Program-made: the position numbers and the translations under genes
Notes under the pieces: generated by a model
Seen by the model: the letters and a program-made list of their open reading frames with translations, nothing else
Databases searched by the model: none
What the model was told of the DNA's origin: nothing
Shown here: piece after piece, positions 46,247 to 55,443 of the stretch
Layout of the letters: the number at the start of each line of letters is the position of its first letter
How positions within the stretch are numbered: the stretch's first letter is position 1
IMG/VR virus record: IMGVR_UViG_2932675082_000001
Span: 1-64,000 of that record
Reading direction: 5' to 3' (one strand)
DNA: 64,000 bases
Source of the DNA: a virus
Lineage: Duplodnaviria; Caudoviricetes

Positions 46247-47257
46247 TCACACCGGGTGGTCGATGAGTTCAGGAATGGCCGGGACGGCTGGCTGGGCGGT
46301 GCGCAGGAGCGGCGCCCAGCGGTCGGGGTTGCGGCGGTACCAGTCAGCGGTCTCCGCGAGACCGTCCTCCAGCCCGCGCTCGGGGCAGTAGCCGAGGGCG
46401 GCGATCTTCGACCAGTTCAGGGCGTAGCGGAGATCGTTGGCAGCCCGGTCGGGAATGTAGTCCACGCAGTCCCAGCCGGCGTCGAACATCCGCAGCAGGA
46501 GGCCGGTCAGCTCCTTGCTGGTCAGGTCGGTGCCGCCCCCGATGTTGTAGACCTCGCCCGGGGTGCCGGCGCGCAGCACTAGTTCGATGCCCTGGCAGTT
46601 GTCCTCAACGTGGAGCCAGTTGCGCACGTGCTGGCCGCGCCCGTGAAGGGTCAGCCTGTGGCCCTTCAGCAGACGGGCGATGAACAGCGGGATGATCTTC
46701 TCGGGGTGCTGGCGGGGCCCGTAGTTGTTCGAGGAGCGGGTCACGCACACGGGAACGCCGAACGTCTGGAAGTAGGACAGCGCCACAAGGTCGCTGGCGG
46801 CCTTCGACGCGGCGTAGGGAACGCTGGGCCGGATCGGGTCCGTCTCGGCGGCCTGGCCAGTCAGGAGCGGCCCGTACACCTCGTCGGTGGACACGTGGAC
46901 GAACCGGCAAACGCCGGCCTTCCTGGCGGCCTCCAGCAGGGTGTAGGTGCCCAGGACGTTGGTCCCCAGGAAGCTCCCGGTGTCGTAGAACGAGCGGTCC
47001 ACGTGCGACTCGGCAGCGAAGTGCACGATCGCGGTGTGCTCCTGGGCGAGCCGCTCGACCAGCTGAGCATCGCAGATGTCGCCCCGGATGAACGTCAGCT
47101 TGGGCGACAGCATCGCCTCGCCCAGGTTCTCGACGCTCCCGGCGTACGTGAGAGCGTCGAGCACGGTCACCCGGGCCACGTCATCGGCGCGCAACAGGCG
47201 CCTGGCAAAGTGCGAGCCGATGAAGCCCGCACCGCCGGTGATCAGCACTTGTTCCAT
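46247..47257 (-). CDS. rfbB: dTDP-glucose 4,6-dehydratase
   Basis: ITGGAGFIG, HFAAESHVDRS, STDEVYG, YAASK, NNYGP.QHPEK. Confidence 0.92.
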   Translation of the reverse strand: MEQVLITGGAGFIGSHFARRLLRADDVARVTVLDALTYAGSVENLGEAMLSPKLTFIRGDICDAQLVERLAQEHTAIVHFAAESHVDRSFYDTGSFLGTNVLGTYTLLEAARKAGVCRFVHVSTDEVYGPLLTGQAAETDPIRPSVPYAASKAASDLVALSYFQTFGVPVCVTRSSNNYGPRQHPEKIIPLFIARLLKGHRLTLHGRGQHVRNWLHVEDNCQGIELVLRAGTPGEVYNIGGGTDLTSKELTGLLLRMFDAGWDCVDYIPDRAANDLRYALNWSKIAALGYCPERGLEDGLAETADWYRRNPDRWAPLLRTAQPAVPAIPELIDHPV

Positions 47258-47481
47258 GGCTGGACCCCTTTCCTCTCCACGTTGAGCTGGGGAGGACCGG
47301 CAAACGCCTCCCGTGGAGACAGGGAACCCGAGCACACGCAACTGACGCGATGTCAGATGGTGGTGAAATTTTGATGAAAGATGGGGCTGTCACCGGAAAT
47401 TCCGCAGTTCCTCGCTGTTGCCGAGCGTACCCATTTCGCTACTGTCAGGAGGTGCAGTAGTGGCAGACCCTGGGGGGCCTC

Positions 47482-48774
47482 ATGGGCAGGGCGAACGACA
47501 CGATCCGGCACCTACGCGAAGTCGAGTGGGACATGTCGCGCAAGGAGGCCGCGGAGTTCCTCGCGACCGAGGCGATCAAGATGGGCGAGCCGGTCTTCCT
47601 GGTCGCCCGGACGATTGCGACCTGGGAGGACGGCACGACCGCGTGGCCGAGGGCCAAGTACCGCCGGCTTCTCCACCGTGTGACCGGCCGGACCGCCACC
47701 GAGCTGGGCTTCACACCCCCGCCGTACAGGGGCCGGGCCACGGCTCCCGCAGCGGCCACATCGAAAGACGGTGACGAGGACGTGCGCCGACGCAGCGTAC
47801 TTCTGGGCGCCGGCGCCGCGCTGCTGACCGCCGCCGTCCCCCCGATCGCAGACTCCGGCCCCGCTCTGGGCCCCGACCACGTCCAAGCGCTCCAGGACGC
47901 CGAGCAGGCCCTGTACGCGCAGGACCGCGACCACGGCTCCGCCGACCTCGCGGGCCAGGCAAGCACCGCGTTGGACACCGCGCGCACCTGGCTGGCCCAC
48001 GGCCGCTACGACGATCAGCTCGGCCGCCAGCTCAACACCGCCACCGGCATGCTGTCCGTCGCCGCCGGCTGGCTCGCACTCGACAGCGGACGCACCAAGG
48101 ACGCCCGGTCGCTGTACACCGAAGCCCTCGCCAGCGCCCGGCAGGCCGACGACCCCGGCCTGGAAGCACACGCGTTCTCGTGCCTGTCCCTCCTCGCCCA
48201 CGCCGCCGGCCGACCGCGCGAGGCCGTCGGCAACGCCCAGGTGGCGCAGCGCGCCGCCGCCGGGCTCGGCTCGCCGCGCTGGCTCGCGCTCCTGGCGATG
48301 CGGGAGGCCCGCGGCTGGGCGCTCCAGGGGGACCGCACGCTGACTGAGCAGGCGCTGGTGCGGGCCTACGACCTGTACTCGAAGGGTCCACGGGACGCCG
48401 ATCCCGACTGGCTGGAGTTCTTCGTCCCCGCCGAACTGGCCGGCCTGGAGTCGCTGTGCCGGGCCGATCTCGGCCAGCTCGACCGGGCGTGCGCCGGCGC
48501 CGAGCAGGCGGTAATGCTCTTCGCCCAGGGCCACGCCCGCAACCGGGCGCTGTACACCGCCGACATCGCGCTCCACCAGGCACGCCGCGAGCGGCCCGAC
48601 CTCGACGCCGCCACCGACGCCGGCCACCGCACCCTCGCCTACTTGAAGGACGTCCGCTCCAAGCGGCTGCTCGCTTCCCTGCACGGCATCGCCAATTCAC
48701 TGGAATACCACCGCGAAGTGCCGTGCGTGGCCCGCTACCTCCACGCCTACCGAACCGCCGTCCCCGTTGCCTGA
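47482..48774 (+). CDS. XRE-like HTH plus TPR-like helical regulator
   Basis: N-terminal RTIATWEDG helix region; AAGWLALDSG...ARSLYTEALASA helical repeats typical of actinomycete regulators. Confidence 0.75.
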   Translation: MGRANDTIRHLREVEWDMSRKEAAEFLATEAIKMGEPVFLVARTIATWEDGTTAWPRAKYRRLLHRVTGRTATELGFTPPPYRGRATAPAAATSKDGDEDVRRRSVLLGAGAALLTAAVPPIADSGPALGPDHVQALQDAEQALYAQDRDHGSADLAGQASTALDTARTWLAHGRYDDQLGRQLNTATGMLSVAAGWLALDSGRTKDARSLYTEALASARQADDPGLEAHAFSCLSLLAHAAGRPREAVGNAQVAQRAAAGLGSPRWLALLAMREARGWALQGDRTLTEQALVRAYDLYSKGPRDADPDWLEFFVPAELAGLESLCRADLGQLDRACAGAEQAVMLFAQGHARNRALYTADIALHQARRERPDLDAATDAGHRTLAYLKDVRSKRLLASLHGIANSLEYHREVPCVARYLHAYRTAVPVA

Positions 48775-48784
48775 AGGACCCCTC

Positions 48785-49354
48785 ATGGCCTTGCCCGCCA
48801 CGTCGTTGCCCATACGGCGCCATGGAGCCGACGGCACCATCGCCCTGCTGGACACTCTCACCGACATCTGGGCCCACGCCCACACCGGTCACGACGACGT
48901 CGCCGAGGCCGGCTTCACCCCCGAGACCCTGCGCCGCCAGATCACCGCGCACACCCGCCATGACGGCTTCGCGCTCATCGTGGCCTCCTCGACCGACCAG
49001 GCCGTCGGCTTCGGCTACGGCTTCCGGTGCACCCCCGCCTACTGGTACGGCGAACAGCTTCTGCCGGCCATCACGTCAGACGCCCGCGACACCGACTCCC
49101 TCGCCGGCATCTGTGAACTCGCCGTCCGACCTGACTGGCAGGGCCAAGGCGTCGGCTCCCGCCTCCACGCCGCGCTGCTGGAGGCGCTGGACACCGAATG
49201 GGTGTCGCTTCTCGTGATGCCGGGCAACGGCCCGGCCCGGAGGCTTTACGATCGCCTGGGGTACCGGTACGCCGGCCCCTACCGCCCCGGACCGGACGGA
49301 CCGGAGCTCGACCTCCTCCTGCTCCGCACGCCTTCGGCCCCAAGCGCGCCCTGA
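48785..49354 (+). CDS. GNAT N-acetyltransferase
   Basis: ELAVRPDWQGQGVGSRL...NGPARRLYDRLGY. Confidence 0.88.
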   Translation: MALPATSLPIRRHGADGTIALLDTLTDIWAHAHTGHDDVAEAGFTPETLRRQITAHTRHDGFALIVASSTDQAVGFGYGFRCTPAYWYGEQLLPAITSDARDTDSLAGICELAVRPDWQGQGVGSRLHAALLEALDTEWVSLLVMPGNGPARRLYDRLGYRYAGPYRPGPDGPELDLLLLRTPSAPSAP

Positions 49355-49428
49355 CTGGCGGCATCTGGGCACGCACAGCAGTCCGACGTCCTTGCTACGG
49401 TAAACGAGCATCGACAACGGGGGGTGTG

Positions 49429-51039
49429 ATGACAGAGTTCCACGTCAAGCCGGTAGACATGATCCTCTCGTCTGCCGGCTTCTCCGACCTGCACACCAGC
49501 GCCGTCCAGCTCTACCGGAGCCTGGTGTTCTCCATGGACGACGTAGCGGGCATGGCCGGAGACGACGACGCCGGCAAAAAATTCGCGGCCAAGTACGACC
49601 CCGCCGCGCAGAAACTCGTCGACGCGATGGCCCAGGTGTCGGGTCAGCTCGGTGGAACCGCCAACGGCTTGTACACGATGGCGATCAACTACCTCCAGAG
49701 CGACGCCGACGTGGCCGCCGCGATGATGGCACCGCAGAAGCTGCCGGAGTCCAGCGACCCCGAATGCGACGAAGAGGTGGCCAAAGCCAAGCTGCACTCC
49801 GCGGCCGGCCACAACAACAGCAGCGCAGTCCATGACTTCCTCAAGAAGTTCTGGCCGCAGGGCGATCCGGACAAGCTCCGCAAAGCCGCGACATACTGGA
49901 AGAACTTCGCCTCTCTCCTCAGCCGACTGGGCACGGAGGGCGACAAGTTCGTCCAGCAGGTCACCGTGTCCAGCACCTCCAGCGCCGTGACCTCCTTCAG
50001 CGAGAACTGGGCGAAGGTGCACGACGGCTGCGCCACCGAGGGGCCGCTTCTCAACAGCATGACGAACGCGGCCTACAAGCTCGGGCAAGCCTGCGAGGCC
50101 TACGCGAAGGACGTCGAGGATCTGCAGGACAAGCTGGAGGACCTCGCCATCGGTGCTGGGCTCATCGCCGGCGCCGGGCTCCTCCTGACCGTTTTCACCC
50201 TCGGCGGCTCCGACGTCGCGGCCGCCGGCGGGGAAGCGGCCATCGCAGCCGAAGCCAGCACCGCGGCCGTCGCCATGGCCACCGCGGTCGAAGGCAGCGC
50301 GGAACTCGCCGTGCTCGCCGAGGCCGCGGCCGTCGTCGACACCGCCGCGGCGAACCTCATCCCCATCGGAGCCGCGGCGACCGCCACGGCGACCACCGCC
50401 GTCGTCCTGGCCGGCGCGACCGACGCCGCCGCGGCACCGACTCCCAAGCCGCCGCCGTTCACGGTCACCCCCGGCATGCCTCCGCTGCCCCATGACCCGA
50501 CCAGCCCGTTCCCCGTGCTCCCGCCGGCGCAGCAGGCGGCGATCCGGGCGTGGATGGCGCAGATGGAGCAGGACGGGCGCACCTTCCCCGCCAATGGCCC
50601 CCATGCGCCCAAGCCGCCCGAGAAGCCGGACCCGAAGATCAATGCGCGGCGCGCCTACCAGGTGAGGGTCGCGGGCTCGACGGAGTACCGGCTTTACACC
50701 ACCGTCAAGGAGCCGGACACCGGGCGCGAGCTGGGCATGGACGCCGACGGCGTCCGGCCGGAGGATGGTGCAGCGATCGACGCCAAGTACATCGGCCAGC
50801 AGAAGAGCTGCAAGTCGCCGTTCCGCCTGGACAACGCGGACGGGATGTTCGAACTCGCTTACAACAACACCATGGTGGGTGAGTCGAAGAAGCTGGAAAA
50901 GTATGCTTCGGCGCTGCAGGATCCCCGTAACAAGGTCAATCATGTCGAACTCATCACCAACGACGCCAAGGCCAGCAGCTACTTTCAGGCCCTGATGGCG
51001 GCCCAGGGCATCACCGGCCGCGTCCGCATCGAACCCTAA
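49429..51039 (+). CDS. WXG100-like polymorphic toxin with C-terminal restriction-endonuclease-fold domain (Tox-REase-2-like)
   Basis: MAGDDDAGKKFAAKY, WPQGDPDKLRKAA.YW N-terminus; C-terminal YQVRVAG..EY...ADGVRPEDGAAIDAKY...ELITND. Confidence 0.8.
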   Translation: MTEFHVKPVDMILSSAGFSDLHTSAVQLYRSLVFSMDDVAGMAGDDDAGKKFAAKYDPAAQKLVDAMAQVSGQLGGTANGLYTMAINYLQSDADVAAAMMAPQKLPESSDPECDEEVAKAKLHSAAGHNNSSAVHDFLKKFWPQGDPDKLRKAATYWKNFASLLSRLGTEGDKFVQQVTVSSTSSAVTSFSENWAKVHDGCATEGPLLNSMTNAAYKLGQACEAYAKDVEDLQDKLEDLAIGAGLIAGAGLLLTVFTLGGSDVAAAGGEAAIAAEASTAAVAMATAVEGSAELAVLAEAAAVVDTAAANLIPIGAAATATATTAVVLAGATDAAAAPTPKPPPFTVTPGMPPLPHDPTSPFPVLPPAQQAAIRAWMAQMEQDGRTFPANGPHAPKPPEKPDPKINARRAYQVRVAGSTEYRLYTTVKEPDTGRELGMDADGVRPEDGAAIDAKYIGQQKSCKSPFRLDNADGMFELAYNNTMVGESKKLEKYASALQDPRNKVNHVELITNDAKASSYFQALMAAQGITGRVRIEP

Positions 51040-51082
51040 CCGGGCATACGGCCCGCACCACCGACAGAAAGCCGAGCACACC

Positions 51083-51454
51083 ATGGGATCCAGCTTCTAC
51101 GTCAGCGCCGGCCCCGAGCACGGCGGGCCGTGGGACTTCACCGCCGACCAGGTGAAGGAATCCGTGCGACGGCACTGGCCGGATGCCATGGTCAGCGGCG
51201 TGTTCGAGGACTTCCTGGAGATCGAAGCGGAGGTCGAACCCGGCCTGCGAGCAGAGTTGTCGTACAACTACCGGTACGGCGCCTTCTCGTTCGCGGATCG
51301 GGAGCCACTGTCCGCACCCTTGACCGTCATTTACCGGGTGCTGTGCGATCTGGCGCCGCGGGTACCTGTCGTGTGGTGGGCCGACTACGACGGGGAACTG
51401 ACGCCGATGAACTTGGATGACGGGCTCGACCAGTTCCTCGGACGCTTCGCGTAA
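51083..51454 (+). CDS. putative cognate immunity protein
   Basis: small acidic/aromatic ORF immediately after the toxin. Confidence 0.65.
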   Translation: MGSSFYVSAGPEHGGPWDFTADQVKESVRRHWPDAMVSGVFEDFLEIEAEVEPGLRAELSYNYRYGAFSFADREPLSAPLTVIYRVLCDLAPRVPVVWWADYDGELTPMNLDDGLDQFLGRFA

Positions 51455-51685
51455 CACGGTCCCGGCCGTCAGACGGGTCGAAGCTGCGCCCTGCCGCACT
51501 TGGGAAGCGGCAGGGCGCAGCGCGTGTCAGGCGGCCAGGCGCGACCGCCCTTCGGGGCCCGGGCGGGGGCGTGTGCCCGGGGTCGACCCCCCTCGTGGCG
51601 GGAACGCTACGCCTCCGGAATGCGGGAGTCCAGATGTCGCGCAGCCGACTTCCTCGCCAGCTCCTCTGGATACAGCTGGAAGCGC

Positions 51686-51973
51686 TCAGTCCGCCGGGTC
51701 TGGCGGGGGCACGGGCCGCCAGCCCTGTGCGGCAAGGCCCTCCCGAGCCCACGTCGTCACGAAGTCGTGGACCAGGTCGGGCGGGCGCAGGTCGGGCGGG
51801 AGGTCAATAAGGGCGAGGAGCCTGCCACCGGCGGTCGGGCCGGTGTCGCAGTGCCGGCATAGGTACAGGTCGACGCCGTCGCAGACGGGGACGCGGGCGA
51901 TGAGGAACGGGGCTCGGTAGCAGCGGGGACAGGGCGGTATGTCGCAGGATTGGACCACCTCGACGCGGTACAT
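51686..51973 (-). CDS. Zn-finger hypothetical protein (DUF6300-like)
   Basis: CPRC...LCRHCD; GAGGAG RBS. Confidence 0.55.
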   Translation of the reverse strand: MYRVEVVQSCDIPPCPRCYRAPFLIARVPVCDGVDLYLCRHCDTGPTAGGRLLALIDLPPDLRPPDLVHDFVTTWAREGLAAQGWRPVPPPDPAD

Positions 51974-52067
51974 AAGGGGCTCCTCCCTGATGGGGGTGGC
52001 CAGGATCTGCCCGCGATCATCCGGAGTCAAGGGTTCCGGCAGGGCGATATCAACGTCCCCGGGTAGC

Positions 52068-52104
52068 GCGAAGGCCCCGCGACGTTGGTCTGCGGGGCCC
52101 TCGG
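52068..52104 (-). terminator. hairpin ending the leftward early operon
   Basis: GGCCCCGC...GCGGGGCC. Confidence 0.45.
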
Positions 52105-52187
52105 GGCGTTTCTGGGCAGGGGCTACCTGCTGCAACGCAGGTTACGACGGGAGCCGATCACTCCGCGAGCGGCGGCGTGGCGGTGCG

Positions 52188-52421
52188 TCAGAGCTGGACC
52201 GTCAGGATGTCGAAGCCAGTCGGGATCGGGTCTGTGGCGTCCTCGGTCACCAGGTACACCAGCTCGTCGGGCCTGTCGGGCCCGTAGCCATGTGCGTTCA
52301 TCCAGGCGGCGACATCCGCCCGTTCAAACAGGCCAGGGAAGTCCGGGCAGTTCGGGTCAGCCAGTTCGTGGCCCGGGACCAGGTCGCCGGGTGCGGCAGA
52401 GATGAGGTGCAGGGTGGGCAT
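52188..52421 (-). CDS. hypothetical protein
   Basis: AGGAG RBS; 77 aa. Confidence 0.6.
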   Translation of the reverse strand: MPTLHLISAAPGDLVPGHELADPNCPDFPGLFERADVAAWMNAHGYGPDRPDELVYLVTEDATDPIPTGFDILTVQL

Positions 52422-52487
52422 GGTCAGCTCCTGGACTCGTGCGAGTGTGGATGCCCTCCAGGGCTGATGATGGGCACAGCGTAGCGG

Positions 52488-52832
52488 TCAGGCGTCGGGT
52501 GCCCATTCGGGCCGGTAGTCGGGGTGGCCGCGGTAGATCGCGGCGAGGCGTCGGGCGACGTGTGAGCGGGCGTCGGCCATCTCCGCGCCGCCGTAGTCGA
52601 GGTCGTCGAGGATGCGCCGTTTGGCGTCGACCTCGGCCAGCGCCCGCGCCGGGGCGTGGCGGGCCATGTGGGTGGCGACGTCTGAAGGAAGGACCGTCAC
52701 GATCGGCCCCCGCACGGTGGCGCTGGACACAATGCCGGTCCCGTCGAAGGCTGCGTGTCCATCGCACGCCCGCGCGATCCGTTCGTCCTCGTCGAGACGC
52801 TCGCGGAGGAACGCGATCAGGTCGTCGGTCAT
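52488..52832 (-). CDS. DUF6221-like protein
   Basis: DLIAFLRERLDEDE...HMARHAPARALAEVDAKRRIL...YRGHPDYRPEW. Confidence 0.8.
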   Translation of the reverse strand: MTDDLIAFLRERLDEDERIARACDGHAAFDGTGIVSSATVRGPIVTVLPSDVATHMARHAPARALAEVDAKRRILDDLDYGGAEMADARSHVARRLAAIYRGHPDYRPEWAPDA

Positions 52833-53155
52833 GCCATGCTCTTATCGATCGCCTTCTGCCAGGCTCGCTCCCACAAGGCGTCCATCGGGAGGTGCTGCTT
52901 GTCGGCGAACGCCACAATCTCGTTCAGGATCTGCTTGGCGTCGTCGGCGCTGATGCCGCCGAGGGCATTGCACTTTGCGTAGTACTGCTCCTCGCGTGCG
53001 GCTTCTTCCAGCGCCTCCCTATAGATCGTGGGTGCGGTTTGGACGGCCAGGTGGTAGCCGATGCCGTTGTCACGCTGGTACCGCTCGGCCATGATCCGGC
53101 CGAGCGCCAGGATCATGCTGGCGCGTCCGGTTGGAAGTTCTACGGTCTCGCTCAT
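52829..53155 (-). CDS. hypothetical protein
   Basis: 108 aa, ATGA overlaps on both sides. Confidence 0.6.
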   Translation of the reverse strand: MSETVELPTGRASMILALGRIMAERYQRDNGIGYHLAVQTAPTIYREALEEAAREEQYYAKCNALGGISADDAKQILNEIVAFADKQHLPMDALWERAWQKAIDKSMA

Positions 53156-53211
53156 GCTTCATCCTCGTCGAGGCGGGCGCGGAGGAACTCCACCAGGTCG
53201 TCGGTCATCGC

Positions 53212-53487
53212 TCAGTACTCGGTCGGGTAATCGAAGGGCCGGAGCGCGTCGGTGAGTGCCGCGTGCAGCGTGGGCTGGGGCTTGGTGACCGTGATCTCGG
53301 GCTTGAGTTCCGTGACGATGGCCTCGCCGAGCGACCTCAGCAGGGCGGCCTTCATGACCTCCTGGTACTGCTCGTCCTGGCTCCACATCTCAATACTGGC
53401 GTGGGCCCGCGCTTGGAGCCGTTGGCCGTTGACCTCGACGGTGGTCGTCAGGAGCACCATGCCGGGCGGAAGGCTGTTGCTGTCCAT
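53212..53487 (-). CDS. hypothetical protein
   Basis: MDSNSLPPGMV; GAGGA RBS. Confidence 0.55.
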   Translation of the reverse strand: MDSNSLPPGMVLLTTTVEVNGQRLQARAHASIEMWSQDEQYQEVMKAALLRSLGEAIVTELKPEITVTKPQPTLHAALTDALRPFDYPTEY

Positions 53488-53728
53488 GCACTCATCCTCT
53501 CGTGCGGATGCCCGCCCCGGGTAGTTCCTGGGGCGGGCGGGTTGGTCAGCGGCTGGGCTCGGTCGGTGGCTGCCGAGCGGGCTGGGGCCAGACGACGCTG
53601 TAGCTGGCGCCCCGTTCCTCGACGACCGGGGTGGGGAGCATGTCCGGTCTCCTGGTGCGCTGTGCTGGGTGGTGGGGAGCAAGGTGAGCAGTTCTGGCCA
53701 GGCGCTGAGCGGGAGAGCAATTACGGGC

Positions 53729-54121
53729 TCACTGCGGGTCCTCCCAGCCGTAGCCCTCCGCGAGCAGTCGGACCGTCTGGCACGGCCACGGCACGGGGTA
53801 CTCCTCGGCCGTGCCGCAGGTGGTGCACGCATCCGCCCAGACGGGCTGGTGCTGGTCGAGGATTTGCCGGTCGGCTGCGATTCGGCGGAGCACGGCTGCC
53901 GGGTCCCACTGGGCGATGTGCTCCATGAGTGACCGCGCCGAGGGTGATCGCCTCGCGGGCCGTGCGATCAGCGCGACCTCCCAGCAGGACCGTGCGCTGT
54001 CGTCGTCGCGGTCGACTCCGACCGCGTCCCATTCGTCGTACGGCTGGTGCACAGTCGTTGCCTGGGCGATCTGCTCGACGCGGTCCAACTCGGCCCGCAG
54101 CCAGTTGACCAGGTCGTTCAC
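53729..54121 (-). CDS. DUF6221-like protein
   Basis: DLVNWLRAELD...HIAQWDPAAVLRRIAADRQIL...WPCQTVRLLAEGYG. Confidence 0.75.
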   Translation of the reverse strand: MNDLVNWLRAELDRVEQIAQATTVHQPYDEWDAVGVDRDDDSARSCWEVALIARPARRSPSARSLMEHIAQWDPAAVLRRIAADRQILDQHQPVWADACTTCGTAEEYPVPWPCQTVRLLAEGYGWEDPQ

Positions 54122-54486
54122 CGCTCCTCCTCGGCGAGGTAGGCCAGGCAGCCGGTGAACTTGGGCTCGGACAGTGGCTGAAGTTGGACCTGTACAACTG
54201 GGTTGGTCGCGAGGCTGAGTTTCAAGTCCTCGGGTGTCGGGGGGAACGTCACGAGCCCCGTGTACTTCATGTCAGGGAGTGGTGTGGCCGGCTTGGCGGT
54301 GCCTGCGTGGAGTGGCCAGTGGGCGTCTGCAATGCGGACCATCTCGCCGAGTTCCAGGCAGCCGTGGTCGTCTTCCCATGGCAGTGTGGTGTCGCAGGCC
54401 CAGCATTCCAGGCGGAAGCCCGTGAACGTGCCGCCGATGACGTGGAACTGACTGTAGTCCGTCGCCTGTTGGTAGAAGGTGGTCAT
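54118..54486 (-). CDS. hypothetical protein
   Basis: AGGAGG RBS; CxxC. Confidence 0.55.
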   Translation of the reverse strand: MTTFYQQATDYSQFHVIGGTFTGFRLECWACDTTLPWEDDHGCLELGEMVRIADAHWPLHAGTAKPATPLPDMKYTGLVTFPPTPEDLKLSLATNPVVQVQLQPLSEPKFTGCLAYLAEEER

Positions 54487-54632
54487 GCGTTCCTCCTGGG
54501 CTGGTAGTCGTCGAGGTCGCGGATGACGTCGCGGATGGGTCGGGGCGGCGGGAGGGGTTCCCACTGGTCGGGGTCGAGGTCGAGCAGGGCCTCGTCCTCC
54601 CAGCCGTCCCACTCGTCGTCGGGGCAGGTCAC
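54483..54632 (-). CDS. small acidic peptide
   Basis: GTGA/ATGA-coupled on both sides. Confidence 0.4.
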   Translation of the reverse strand: MTCPDDEWDGWEDEALLDLDPDQWEPLPPPRPIRDVIRDLDDYQPRRNA

Positions 54633-55141
54633 GGCTGGGCCCCGGCGGTCGCGTCGGCCCCGTCGAGGGTGCGCATGGTGGGGCAGGGCCACCAGGTGGC
54701 GTATTCGTCGGGGGTGCCGCAGGTGCTGCACGCCAGGCGGTCGCCTTCGTACCTGCCGTCCTCGTGGTAGCCGAGACCGTCGACTGGCCGGTGAAGTTCC
54801 TGGACGGCGGCGATGCGGGCCTCGGCCTGCACGGCGCGGGTGGTCTGTCGGCGGGCCTCGCTGATCAGTTCCTCGATGGCGGGGGCAATGTCCGGCCAGG
54901 AGTCGCCGTGCCCGCCCCAGGGTTCGAGGAGGTCGCGGGCGTGCTCCAGGATCACGGCGCGCTCCTGGGCGCCAGCCTGGGCCCTGTCCCGCTGCTCGAT
55001 GAGCTCGGCGACCTGTCGGCGGCGCTTGCCGAGCTCGTCCTCGGCGGCCCGGACATCGCGCTCGGCTCGGACGGCCCGGGTGAGTGCCTCGTCGCGCATG
55101 CGGGTGAGCTGCTGCTGGTAGGTCTCCTGCTCGGGAATCAT
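54629..55141 (-). CDS. coiled-coil protein with C-terminal HxP...CxxC...WPCPT motif
   Basis: 170 aa. Confidence 0.65.
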   Translation of the reverse strand: MIPEQETYQQQLTRMRDEALTRAVRAERDVRAAEDELGKRRRQVAELIEQRDRAQAGAQERAVILEHARDLLEPWGGHGDSWPDIAPAIEELISEARRQTTRAVQAEARIAAVQELHRPVDGLGYHEDGRYEGDRLACSTCGTPDEYATWWPCPTMRTLDGADATAGAQP

Positions 55142-55443
55142 GCGGCGCTCCTGGGCTGGCGGGTGGCGGTGTACAGCTGCTCGGCGAGTACGCAGACCTT
55201 GCGGAGGACGGAGTCGGGTCCGTCGAGGTCGAGTTGGCCGGTGCGGTAGGCGAGGACGACGGCGTGGGTGGTACTGCGGGCGCGGAGTTTGGTGCGGGCG
55301 GCCGCGGTGCGGTCGAGGACTGCGGAGCGGGTGATGTGGAGGCGGTGGGCGATCTGGTGAGCGGTGAGGCCGTCGGCCGTGAGGGCGAGGGCCTCGACCT
55401 CGGCCGCGGTGAGCGGGGCTCCGGGGCGGGCGGTGAGAGTCAC
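55138..55443 (-). CDS. LuxR-family HTH protein
   Basis: LTAAEVEALALTADGLTAHQIAHRLHIT...KLRARSTTHAV. Confidence 0.8.
   Translation of the reverse strand: MTLTARPGAPLTAAEVEALALTADGLTAHQIAHRLHITRSAVLDRTAAARTKLRARSTTHAVVLAYRTGQLDLDGPDSVLRKVCVLAEQLYTATRQPRSAA

Noticed and set aside
44439-47257. DNA base-hypermodification (glycosylation) pathway
   Set aside because: No hydroxymethylase or TET/JBP gene is seen, and the GT is of the membrane-associated MurG type; not excluded but unsupported.
47770-47840. Tat signal (RRRSVLLGAGAALL) in the regulator
   Set aside because: The motif is internal (about residue 100), after the HTH region, so it is unlikely to be an export signal.
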